This document shows positions 52,809 to 64,000 of a stretch of DNA of 64,000 nt, in pieces. Location of the stretch: NCBI RefSeq assembly GCF_009914755.1, contig NC_060931.1, one strand, 5' to 3'. A program made the position numbers and the translations under genes. The notes under the pieces are model-generated. The model worked only from the letters and a program-made list of their open reading frames with translations, did not search any database and was not told the origin of the DNA. Numbering within the stretch: position 1 is the stretch's first letter; the number at the start of each line of letters is the position of its first letter. The DNA comes from the human T2T-CHM13v2.0 reference genome, Homo sapiens.

Positions 52809-53954
52809 CATTTAATTGTTTTATTGTCTTGTGATATTTTCAAAATACCTAATGAAAATTATGTTGCTAGTGACTCATTTTATTATTTTGTGAATGAGAC
52901 TGAAATCTTTAAAAATCAATTATTTTATAAATGTCATAATTTTTGGATTTCCATATACTTTTTACCCAGACCAAAATTTAAAAGTCTATGATGAGGTGAA
53001 TATGGTAAGTATTGCTCTCTTGTTTGGCTAAATAATTACATATCACACATTTTTGTAGAATTCAAATATTTGTCCTTCAGTTCTGACTTCTTAAAGATTG
53101 TCAAAAGATTTCTATTTGGGTAGAGGAGAGAATGAAGAAGTAAGACTTTAGAAGGGCACACCTGAAAAAGTGTTATAACAAAATAGTTTAATCTTTGATA
53201 AAATTATAAGTATAAATAACAATGCATGTGGATTATATATATGCATTACAACAATGTATGTGGATATTTTACGTATGTACATCTGATGTAATCCATTTTA
53301 TCAGAAATCATGTACTTAATTGCAATTGTATCACTGTGTCACAAGTGGAAGAAAACTGATTGTGAAGTGTATTAAGTATGATGTAAAACAGAAAATAAAT
53401 CTTTTATATATCTCTGTTTATATAAAATATTTATTTTATGAAATGTAAGTGGTATGAGTTAGAAATTCTAAATGATAATTATGCATTTGCAATCAGGAAA
53501 ACCTTTACACATATTAAAAGTTGACCTTATGTCACTTTGCCTTTATCTAAAGGAAGACTGCATGTTATTTATCACCAACAAATACATTAATTCATCAAGA
53601 GTAGGTGCTAAAGCTAACTTCTATTCCTTTTAATGAGAACACATTCTTCTTCATAAATACTAAGATAACATATTTAAAATATCCCAAATCTGACTCTTTT
53701 ATGTGTGAATGGGTTCCAAATTTATATTATTGTGTTACTAAGGGTAGTAAGTTTTAGGTGCAAATGGTATTATTACTTTATGCAGATGTTCATTCTTCAA
53801 ACCATACAATAAATAAATGTGTACAATAATATGTGCAGTTGGTTTTGTGCTTCACAAAACTTCCTGTAAGTAAAGCCCTCCTTTCGCATTGCTAAAGAAT
53901 CTGGTCCACCAGACCTTTCTTGAAGTTTATTGGCGTAAGCAGGAAATAGTTTGA

Positions 53955-54033
53955 CAAGCCGGTCTAGGGACAAATGCAGAACTCTGCTTGGCACACAATA
54001 AGTGCTCAACAATTATTTGTTGAATCGGTGAAT
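53955..54033 (+). mobile_element. L2 3' tail
   Basis: GCTTGGCACACAATAAGTGCTCAACAATTATTTGTTGAAT..GTGAAT; similar tails at about 8450-8580 and 44840-44900. Confidence 0.75.
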
Positions 54034-54949
54034 AATTATGTGTTAATTATGCTTTGTGGCACAACTCAGAAGCTCTAGGCATTGTTTATATCATTGTTTC
54101 TAAGGATAATAATTAGTTCCTTACTATTAATTTATCAATTTTGAGTCCAGTATAATCCTAACTAAAGCTAATCTTTCAGTAAGTGACAAAATGACGTCAC
54201 GATATATAAAAACTCCACTGAAACTGAAAGCATGTCAGCATTGATAAGTTACAAAAGGAAGCTGTTATCAATGGATATTTTTACCTATGGCTTGGCTTAT
54301 CTGACTCACTGAATTCAGTAGTCTTTGGAGGATGCGAATAGCTGTGGTAAATATTTTGTGCATCATGGACACATTTGGGGAGGCAGTTGGGGTTCTTGAT
54401 TGATGAACATGAAATGGCATTTGATGTTCTTAATAATCTGGTTTCTGCCTACATGCATCTGTTCTACTTATATTACTATGATACCATATTGGTGCATTCA
54501 CTCAAACAAATCTTATATGTCATGTATCTGTACTTTGAACATGTCTTCTTTCTCTCATCTTCATGAATACCTACTTATCATAAAATCCAGTTCCTGTGTC
54601 TGCTTCAGCTATAAAAAGCCTTCACTGATCCTATTTTCCAAAAGAAGTAACCCTTTTCTTGTCTTTGTGGCATTTTTATGTTTAATATATATTCTTATTA
54701 TATTCATCAAACTATATGATATGCATTTGCTTTGATACTATTTTTTTTCCTCAGACTGAGAGCTTATTGGCTTTTTTATGATTGAAGTATAAGAAACTAC
54801 CTTTTTTATCTAGATCAATTTCATGTGGTTTAATCTATTAGTCCCATGATTACAAACCCAATTATTATAAATATATAAGTAATATTGTATATAACATAAC
54901 TAGTAATGATATTACTACTATCATATTTTTTCAAACATCATTTATTGAT

Positions 54950-57000
54950 GGCTTGCTTCCACCTGTAATGAATAAATAGAGGCCAAATTAACCCTGCCTC
55001 TTGAAACTGGAAACCAAAACTGGAAACAGTGTATGAAAACCTGGTTTTTAATACACCTGACATCGTGCATTAGTGGACAATGAGCCCTGAGAGATGGGAA
55101 ACAAGTGAGTTCTACAGCTACCGCAGTTGACTACCTTGAGAGCTTCCAGCCCTATGGCAGGTGCAAGGAAGCCTGGAAGTTCTTAAGCCTTGAGAACTCT
55201 GAGTTCTGAACACGTAGTTGGGAGTTGGAGGAGAGCAAGAGGCTAATATTCACATGTCAGAGTACTGGTGAAGTTTAAGAGTTTCACAGGGAACTTGGGA
55301 GGCCTATTGAGTATTCCATGAATATTCTGCAGAGTAGTGATCAACATATACATGTGACTTATGTGAGGAAACTACCTAAGGCTGTGAAATAAATCACCTC
55401 AAAAGGATTAGACAGAAGAGTACCTGGAGCTCACACTGGGCAGAAAATAGTGTCTGTGCCTATTTCCACCAGCTAGACAGGAGAAGCTCATAGTTGACAG
55501 AGCACTGGGTAGATTATGCAGAAGTATCTTGCATTTAAGTGATAAATAATTAGGCTTTGCCTTAAATATTGCTTCTGTCTTGTCTAATATATCTTAACAG
55601 AAAGACTAGAAAAAAAGAAATGGCTTTCAGTAACTTAACTGTATTTCCCTAAAAGCACAAGAATATTTAGGGAAATAAGAGAAAATTCCACATAGAGATT
55701 GGGAAGGGTAGTGAGAAGGAAGGGATAGGGAGAGGTGGGTTGAAGCCTGAAAAATTACATCTAGATAGGAGCAATAAGGTCAAGCATTCTGCACCACAGT
55801 AAGATGACTATAGTTAACAATAATATATTATTAGTTTCAAATAGCTATTTGAGTATTTGTTTGAGTTGGAAACATTCAATATTCTCCTGTATATATGAAA
55901 CATTCAATGTTCTCAAAGGACCCATAAAAATAGAACAAAGTGATATAAAACAGATGATCAATTAAACAAAAATAAAATTATCTGAAACAGGAGAGCATTG
56001 GCGGAACATTCAACGTTCTCCTGTATATAAGAAACAGGAGAACATTGGCTGTTTCCAACTCAAATAAATACTGTTTGTGATGATGAATATTCTAATTACA
56101 CTGATCTGATCACTATGTATTTTAGGTATCGAAATAACACTATGTACTCCATGAACATGTACAACTACTATTTGTCAATTAAAATAAATTTTAAAAAGAA
56201 AATGTCAGGACCTTAAAAGGTGAAATTTATAATGTCCAATCAAACATTACCAGGAATGCAAACAGGCAAGACTATATGATTTAGGAGAAAAATTAACTAA
56301 CTTCAAAAGACCCATAACTTTCATGAAAGAGATGTTAGAATCAGGATATTAAAGGATATCAAAACTGTTACTGTAACTGTATTCCAGATGTTCAAGAAGT
56401 TAAGTAGAGACGTGGAAGGTGTAAAAATAACTTAAAACATCTAGAGATGAAAACTGGAATATGTGAGATGAGAAAAAGACCAAATAGGATTAATGGGAGA
56501 TTAGACATTTTAGATGAGTGAACTTGAAGGCAGCAACTGATGACAAAATGAAACCCTGAGAGAAAAAAAAGAACTTTAAAAAATGAAACAAGCATCAATG
56601 ATATGAAAGAATCATGTATCATTTCCTCTGAGTGAAACAAAATTAAAACTATCAGAAAAAGTTAAACAAAAGTGTATAAATTTGGGTTAAAATATTTACA
56701 TCCAAATAACTTATTGGTCTAAAAAGTGTTATAATATAAACTGAGAAAAATAGTTAGAAATAAAATAATCAGATGCAGATAAGATGGTACCTGTAGTAAG
56801 AGTACAGTTTTAAATGTTTATATTAGAAAATAAAGTGAACAAACATTTATTTTAGCAATATCCTTAAGAAGTTAAAGAATAAAAAATAAACCCAAATAAA
56901 TTGAAGAAAACAAAAAAATAGATTTAGGAGCAGAAATAAAAATAGAACAAAGTGATATTAAACAGATGATCAATTAAACAAAAATAAAATTATTTGAATA
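54950..57000 (+). mobile_element. Ancient L1M (5' region, ORF1 and ORF2 remnants), interrupted by a younger L1MA 3' end
   Basis: CCCTGAGAGATGGGAAACAA, GAGGAAACTACCTAAGGCTG, TTCCAGATGTTCAAGAAGTTAAG, TAGAGATGAAAACT, GGATTAATGGGAGATTAGACA. Confidence 0.75.
55692..56200 (+). mobile_element. L1MA (about L1MA6/7) 3' end carrying a complex insertion of about 185 bp
   Basis: AAATTACATCTAGATAGGAG.AATAAG, GATGACTATAGTTAACAATAATATATT, TTTCAAATAGCTA then resumes CTAATTACACTGATCTGATCACTAT...TGTCAATTAAAATAAA. Confidence 0.85.
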
Positions 57001-57089
57001 ATAGAATTTATGTATTTATTATTTATTAATTCACCAAACATTTATTGCGTATCTCTCAATATAAATCATGGGCCCAAGAAGACACAGAG

Positions 57090-57400
57090 GGCAAACTCAG
57101 ATTGGGGTGGAAGAGAGTTTTTGTGAAAGCAAAATTTGCAAAGGTGTTGGCAGAATTTAGAAAATAAATCAAATCAGTAAGAAATAGCCTAAGACCCTGG
57201 GTCTAGTAATAGAGGGACCCAAAGTATTAAGAGAGATTGGTGATGTCATACCAGCGTGGAAAGCTCCTGTGACTTGAACTGAGGCTTTTAGTGGAGCGAT
57301 GCAGTCAACTAATCCTGGAGACTTGGCACTGAGGAAGTCTTCCATACCCTCCTGAAAACCTACAGCACAGAATGTAGTCAATTTGCAGTAGGAGCTCCGC
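57090..57400 (-). mobile_element. Possible old ERVL LTR (LTR33-like) fragment
   Basis: TTTGCAAAGGTGTTGGCAG...ACCCTGGGTCTAGTAATAG weakly resembles LTR33. Confidence 0.35.
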
Positions 57401-60359
57401 AGTCCCCAGCCGGCTCCCGAGCATCTAGTTCATTACACTGCAGAAAGTGAAATAAACTACTTTTATCTTTTTAATGCTCACCATGTCCTCCAAGGGTTTA
57501 CATACAGAGAACAAGAAACATCCCTTCACATTTTAACTAAAGGCTGCACTCAGTAATGAATTTCCAAATTCTGAAATTTACAGTCTTTTAAAATTGGCCC
57601 ATACAGAAAAAAGCACTGTAGTTCCTCAGCCGTAACCAAACACCAATAATCAATAGTAAATTTGAAGACTTGGTCTCTGAGGAGCCCTGCGCTGGGAGTA
57701 TGCTTGAAGAATGGGTATCCACCTCTAAGAAATTATGGAAGTTACAAGGTAATTAATACCTGAGATCCAGTGAGCCTGGGTTTGGAGTGAATGGCTGAAA
57801 AATCTTGAAACAAATGATTATGTACTTTACTAATGTATCTGTTCCAGATAAAACTAAAGTTTATAAGTTATCTATTAACTTCTGAAGCAAGATATACTGG
57901 TAGTTATTCTCTTATTTTGGCTTCCATACTAGTGACACGATCTGGAGTGGGATATGAATAAAACCTAGAGGGATGGTTTTATTGGTTTATATCTATGAAT
58001 TTGGTGGAGTCCTGTTGCCTTATTTTTTAAGTTGCTGTTGATTTCTATTAACTCCTGTGCCAAGTGAAATATTAAAACCAATAAATAACAGTAGTTCACT
58101 AAGTCACCTGACAACATTAATAAGTATTAAATACTATTAAATTAATAATTTATATAATAAATATTTATTATTGAATTAATTTCATTATATAAAATAATAT
58201 ATCCAGAGGAATATAATGTGAATAAATGCATTCTTTTAATTCTATAGATACCTTACCTATACAATGAAACTTATAATTTTATTGCTTTAATATTTTTATT
58301 AAAATTATCTTATTTTTAAATCCCATGGAATGAAACTGAAATGATACATAAAATAAATGGTAAAAAATAAATATCTAAAATTATCTATAATCTAAAAATA
58401 ACTTACATTATTATGACCCAAAGCACATTTTCTGGATATATTTTTGCTTTATTTTCCCATTTTCTCATAATTCTTTTTTATTTCTCAGGGATAAGTTAGA
58501 TTAAGTTACTGATCACTGAAAATACAATGCATATAGAAGAGTAATAATTAAGATATATTTATATGAAGTATGGAATTTGATTACCCATTATTGTTTGTTG
58601 ATTTAAATTCGACAAATAGTGGAATACTTCTCAATTATATATAAATATAAAAATATAGAATTTTCTTGTAATTTGACATGCTCAAATCTTGAAACCCTCA
58701 AATAAGAGTCACTACAATAATAAATTTGGAAGACACAGAAATACCCAGAAATCATAACTAGCAGTTGGTAGCAGCCTACTATTAAAAGATTTAGCACCAA
58801 GAAGAAAGAATTAAAGAACACAAAAGGGCTGGAAAGTAAGGCTTACTTTTATCATTAGTCAACTTCACAACTATTACCATTTTTACCAGCTCATTCTTAG
58901 TAGAATTTCTTTCTTAACATAAGCAGTAATATTTTCCATCAGATTATGTTGATAACTCCGAATTCCACATTCTTTTGCTACAAAGATGCTTCTCTGAGGG
59001 AATGAATATCCAAGTAAATAAATAAATAAACAAATAAATGAAAGGCTATTTTGACTTTAGGGATAAAAGATATTTTAAAACATGTGAGGTCATAATTAGT
59101 TAATTGATGCTGGCAACTGATTCAGGCAGCTATGAACTGAGATCATTTCAAAAGCCCTACCCAGGGGCTCATCTCACATACACAAGAGACCGAGGACATG
59201 AACTAAAAGAAAGCTACAGTGTTCCTTCTCTTCTGGCTTAGTCTTAGCATTTTGTGGGAGCTGCTTACAGAATCAGGAATCAAAAGAAAGACGATTTGGG
59301 AGCTTATTTTGTAGAGAGGGATGGTTTAGTAGAAGCTTAGAAAGGGATACACTGGCCTTGTGTTAAGCCCTACAGCACAGGCATCACTAATTATTTATAT
59401 CCTGCTGTTAAGCGTAAAACAGGCTTGACTGCCCTTACAACAGCTGCAGTCTCACCACGTGTGCAGCACCATGAACTTTATGTGTGAGCTCTCCTGAAGA
59501 GCTATCGGGGCACGGGGCACTACAAGCAGGTAGCATCGTTGTCAGAAAAGCCTTCTGAAGAGTCCTGGTGCATTGGCAGCAATTAATGCAGGTGGTATTT
59601 TAGACAAGGGAGCTAATGAGTTTTAATATGCATGCAGGTGAGGGAGTGCTGAATCAGGAGAGCCATTAATGAACCTATGACAGCCTAATTAGCTACAATT
59701 TAAAATCTATGGAATCTAATCAGAAGAGCTGAACGCTGCTGCAAATCTGTGTATGAATGAGTCTTTCTAAATACTCCAATCTGTTGCTTAGTCACTGATT
59801 GATAGTAATTGCTTTTTTTCCTCTATTGTGCATAGGAAAATGCCCAATTTTGCTCTGATAAGGGAGGACACAACACTGAAGTTAAATGCCTAAGATGTTT
59901 AGCTCCTTAAGTTTAATCAGTGAGTGTTTAAAAAAATCAAAGTAAAATTAATTTGAACTCTGAATATAGATGATTTAAAATATACTACCAACTTCTTATA
60001 TATTGGGTTGGCAAAGACAACATAGCTATTAACACCCGACAGCATATCTGAAAAGCAAGCAAAGATGCTGAAACATGCAAATGCATAAAATGCATTTATT
60101 AATCCGTAATTTGTTTTAAAAAGCTTTATTTATGTCATCAGAGATAACAGGGCTACATATTTTATTGAATACTTGAGATAATGAAACAGCTTTTTGAGGT
60201 TAACACAATCTATTAAGCATCGAATTTTTATGTGGCTGAACTAGTTTGTTTCAGAAAATGGGAATAATTTTATAAAGGTGTGAGGTGATACTATTTTGTA
60301 GTGGCCATTTGGTAATAACTGACGTATAAAAGGCACAAGCAGTTTTTCTACTCTGACAT

Positions 60360-60570
60360 TTCACCCTTGTCTAACACAATTCATCTGAGAACCTTAAAGA
60401 ACTGTGTAGGCTCTGATTTATTGAGTCTTATAACACCACGGGTAGACAGGTCAGTATGACTATACTCGTTTTACAGTCAGCTCACCTGAGCTCCATTTGC
60501 TGAAGGTCACAAGTGAGTCAATAGAAGAACTATAAAAAGAGAGTCAGGAAAGTCCAGAGTGTTACTTCTT
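60360..60570 (-). mobile_element. MIR SINE
   Basis: TTATTGAGTCTTATAACACCAC, TATACTCGTTTTACAG, TTGCTGAAGGTCACAAG, AAGTCCAGAG. Confidence 0.6.
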
Positions 60571-60891
60571 TACTTTTTCCATTTGATAAATGGTGCATCT
60601 CTCAATTCTGACATTTCACATAAAACTCTATGCATCTAATTTTTGAATATAAACAGAAAACATCTTAAAATACAGATGTTCTAATCATGAATTATTTTAA
60701 AAATACTGATATTTGGTTTATAAGTATGGTATTATCAGTTTTGAACCAAACTAAGAGAACTGCCACATTTCCTTATTGGTGTCAGTAGGAGCAATTGTAA
60801 AGTGTTGTTTCTGTTAGCTTAATCACCAGGTACTCAGGTTGAAACCTAAAGAAAAGATGAAGATATTTTCTTTAGTTAGAAATTTCTAAAA

Positions 60892-60978
60892 TAGAAGAAA
60901 GAAAGAAGAGAGAGAGGGAGAGAAGGGAGAGGTGAGGAGATGGATGGGAGAAAGAGAGAGAGACAGAGAGGACAGAAA
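60892..60978. repeat. GA-rich low-complexity polypurine tract
   Basis: Directly visible. Confidence 0.85.
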
Positions 60979-62819
60979 ATGTACATATAAATATACCCAC
61001 CAAAAGAACTTCAGATGAGATGGCTTATTAAATAGAAGCTGATGACATAGAAAAGATACATAAGATGTATATTGTTTTATAAATTTGTTTTTTAGTGGAA
61101 CACACACATAAACACAAGGGAAAGATGAGAACGTGAAAGGACACAGACAACTCAAACAGTATATCAAAATAGTTTTAGATTATGTACTGATATTTCTGCA
61201 ATTCATTTTTCCATGTAAAAAATGTACTGCAAGAGTAATTTTATGAAATTTGATGTTCACATGAAATTTACCTGATCCCTGGCCCAATGGAATTTTTTTC
61301 AAGTTTGATGATATTATGGTAAAATCATGTTAGTATTGACCCTTATGCATTAATATATGAGCCAAGTAATCTCTAAAGTAAATATTTTTGAAAGTGCTGC
61401 TCATGTGACAGTGTTTACAAAAGTGTCCCTTGTCTTTGAAACATCCAAGAACAAGGCTATCAAACTTCAGTATGTTGATGAATAAACTTTATTCTACCTA
61501 AGATATATCTGATTCTTAAATTCATAAAATGTGATCATTGTTTCCTTAAATTAGTTAGCAACAATAAATAATCCCCACATTTGGTTTTGTTTTCATATGC
61601 TATGACATAATATCAGTTAGTTGGAAAATGTTCTATTATGTCTTTTGATTGATATTTTCCTATTATTGTTTTTGTGCATATTAGCTGAAAATAATTTGTC
61701 TTAATTAGTAGCTTCCCTAATTATTTTATATTATTAAATATTATCATATATGTACCACTGTATTTGGTCTATCTAAATTTGATAGGTAAAACTGCCATAT
61801 GCATTTCAGTAGCTGGCAAGTTGGAATTGAGAGATATTATTTAAAATACTAAATGTAAAATTTTTGGTACATGTTCAATTTGCATTACTCCAATAAAAAC
61901 AAATTCAAAACATTTTACACCATCACTTTGTTTAAAGATAGCATTTTAGTCACAATAATACTAGACCTCAATTTATAATAAAATAGAAATATACATTAAA
62001 TTAGTATAGTATAGAGATGAAATTATTTCCATTTAAAACTTCAATGCCATTTCTTTTTCTTCCCTTTGCTTTCAAGAATAACCCAATGTTTATTATGTTT
62101 TCTTTACAAAAGTCAACTTAGCTGTGTGTCTTTGGTATAGTTACTGAATCTCTTTAGCAACAATTTCATAACCTATAGTAAGAATGTTATAATGTGACCT
62201 TCTTCAACATGTAATAGGAGGAGTAATTAACATTAAGTACCATAAAATATGTGCGTATAAGAGCTCAACACAAAATGAATGATTTTTGGTGTTTCTAAAA
62301 TTAGACTGTTTTATAAATAGTAGGTCCTCAGGAAAAAAAAAAAGATGCTATTTCTGCTTCAAGGTGACTATAATCTTTGTTGAAATTAATAGAGTACTTG
62401 AATCAGAATTTTAAATAATTTTTTTAAATTGGTACTTGGTGGTGGCAGATCACTCTACATTGAAAATGTTTCATTTAGTAGACCAACTTTCCTAGGCTCT
62501 ATTTAATTTTGGAAGCTATAATGATTTAAATATAAGTAACGAATAGAATCATTAGATTTATGAATCAATTATTTGTATTAAGATCTTTATTGATATAGAT
62601 TAACCTACTTGATGAGTATGTCAGTAAGTTCACGTATGTTTGAAGGTGAACGTTTGGTTATATTAGAATTTTCAAATCCTTTCATATTTTATTGCAAACT
62701 ATTTTACAGCATGATTTTATTCTCATTCGGAATATTTAAGATGTTGATATGAGTTATGTTTTATCAGCATGTACAATTGTAAGTTTTGTGGAAGTACAGA
62801 CTATACCTACTATAGTGCC

Positions 62820-64000
62820 AGTCATTCAATTAATCATTCAATACATGAAAGGCAGAAATTCAATGGATGAATGCATATATTCGCTTAGGAAATATTAATT
62901 GTCTTCTTACTCTGTGCCCGGTACTGTGCTAGATAGTGAGTGTATACAGATAAGCAAAATAAACATGGTGGATCCCCTCATGGAGGTGATAAATGATAAA
63001 GTATTAATTTTGAAAAATGCTATGAAAGTCAAGTTCATATTTCATTAGGGAACTTAATTTGAATTGAAGCATCAGGGAAAGCCTTCTTAGAACAATATGC
63101 AACTGAGCTGGGTAAAAGAATATCTAGGAATGAAAGCTCTCTTAGAACAACGTGCAACTGATCTGGGTAAAAGCATATCTAGGAATGAAGCTCATAAAGA
63201 GTGGGCCAGGGGAAGCATTCTATGTAAATGAATTCCACATGGGAATATCACGAAGGTGGAAAGATCTCAGTCAAAGCACGAAAAGAAGGTCATTATGGCA
63301 GAAGAGAAAGGTAGAGAGAAATAGAAGATTGATGAGTTAGATAGCAGATCATGCAGCAACTTGTTGGCCATGTTAAGGATTTTAGACGTGCTCTAAGTGG
63401 AATGAAAAATCTTGAAGGAATTTAAAGATGGGGTTTCATCATTGTGTTTAGATTTAAAAAGTGTCTGCTCTATAGAGAATGGTTTGGCAAGAGACAGAAA
63501 AGCAGTTTAGGGTCCAACTAGAACACACACCGATATTAGTCTAGGTTAGAGGTATTGCTGGATTGGAATACAGCGGTAGCAGAAAAATTGGGAAAGTAGA
63601 GACTTCAGTATATTTTGATGGTGTCACCTAAAAGGCTGAAGAAAATGTTCCTGTTCTAGATGAGGAAGAAAGATAAGTCTAGAGGACTCCCAGCCCTTAA
63701 CCATGTAATAGTGAAGTACTATATAACTAGAAAGTGAACACTGAAAAAGAGAAGACAACACTTTTTTTATTGGAGGATACATGCACGCATAATAGGTCAT
63801 ATTTAAGACCATAGAAATGGATGAGTTCTTACAGGGAGAAAAACTAAGGTGAGAAGAAAGTTGATATCCAGATGTATGGAACAATGCACAGTAAAAAATG
63901 ATGCTAAGACTCCAGGAAAGATGAGGTCTATAACATTTCCATTGTATTTTGGTAAGATCAGTAATTACTCCAACAAGAACAATTTCAGTGATAGGGTAGC
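62820..64000 (-). mobile_element. L2 LINE 3' portion, running off the right edge
   Basis: CATTCAATTAATCATTCAA tail, TACTCTGTGCCCGGTACTGTGCTAG, CCCTCATGGAG, TTGTTGGCCATGTTAAGGATTTTAGAC, TAGTCTAGGTTAGAG. Confidence 0.85.

Noticed and set aside
55860-56050. Short repeats with spacers that superficially resemble a CRISPR-like array
   Set aside because: Eukaryotic context, irregular spacing, mixed orientation and locally derived spacers; better explained as a repair scar
58110-58200. 18-bp AT-only palindrome (58154-58171)
   Set aside because: Expected in near-pure AT low-complexity sequence

Overview
This is AT-rich, CpG-poor primate nuclear DNA with the character of a gene desert or very large intron. 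I can support no protein-coding exon, RNA gene or CRISPR array, and the ORF track is explained by Alu, L1 and Tigger remnants, microsatellites and chance. Much of the window is interspersed repeat: old and young L1s, L2, MIR, three full Alus plus a FLAM, ERV/MaLR LTRs (MLT1, MER67, LTR16, LTR9B, MER90-like, LTR40-like) and DNA transposons (MER5A, MER82, MER47, Tigger1). All repeat names are recalled from consensus sequences, not database hits, so subfamily labels and many boundaries are approximate. The notable structures are: (i) two clear templated-insertion/fold-back rearrangement scars (50737-51000; 55847-56072) and several smaller ones; (ii) a truncated LTR9B/HUERS-P3 5' end retaining OCT, KLF, CCAAT and TATA motifs, a degenerate PBS and a strong splice donor; (iii) several repeat-free, motif-dense blocks that look like developmental enhancers. 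I did not find convincing evidence of a new biological system.
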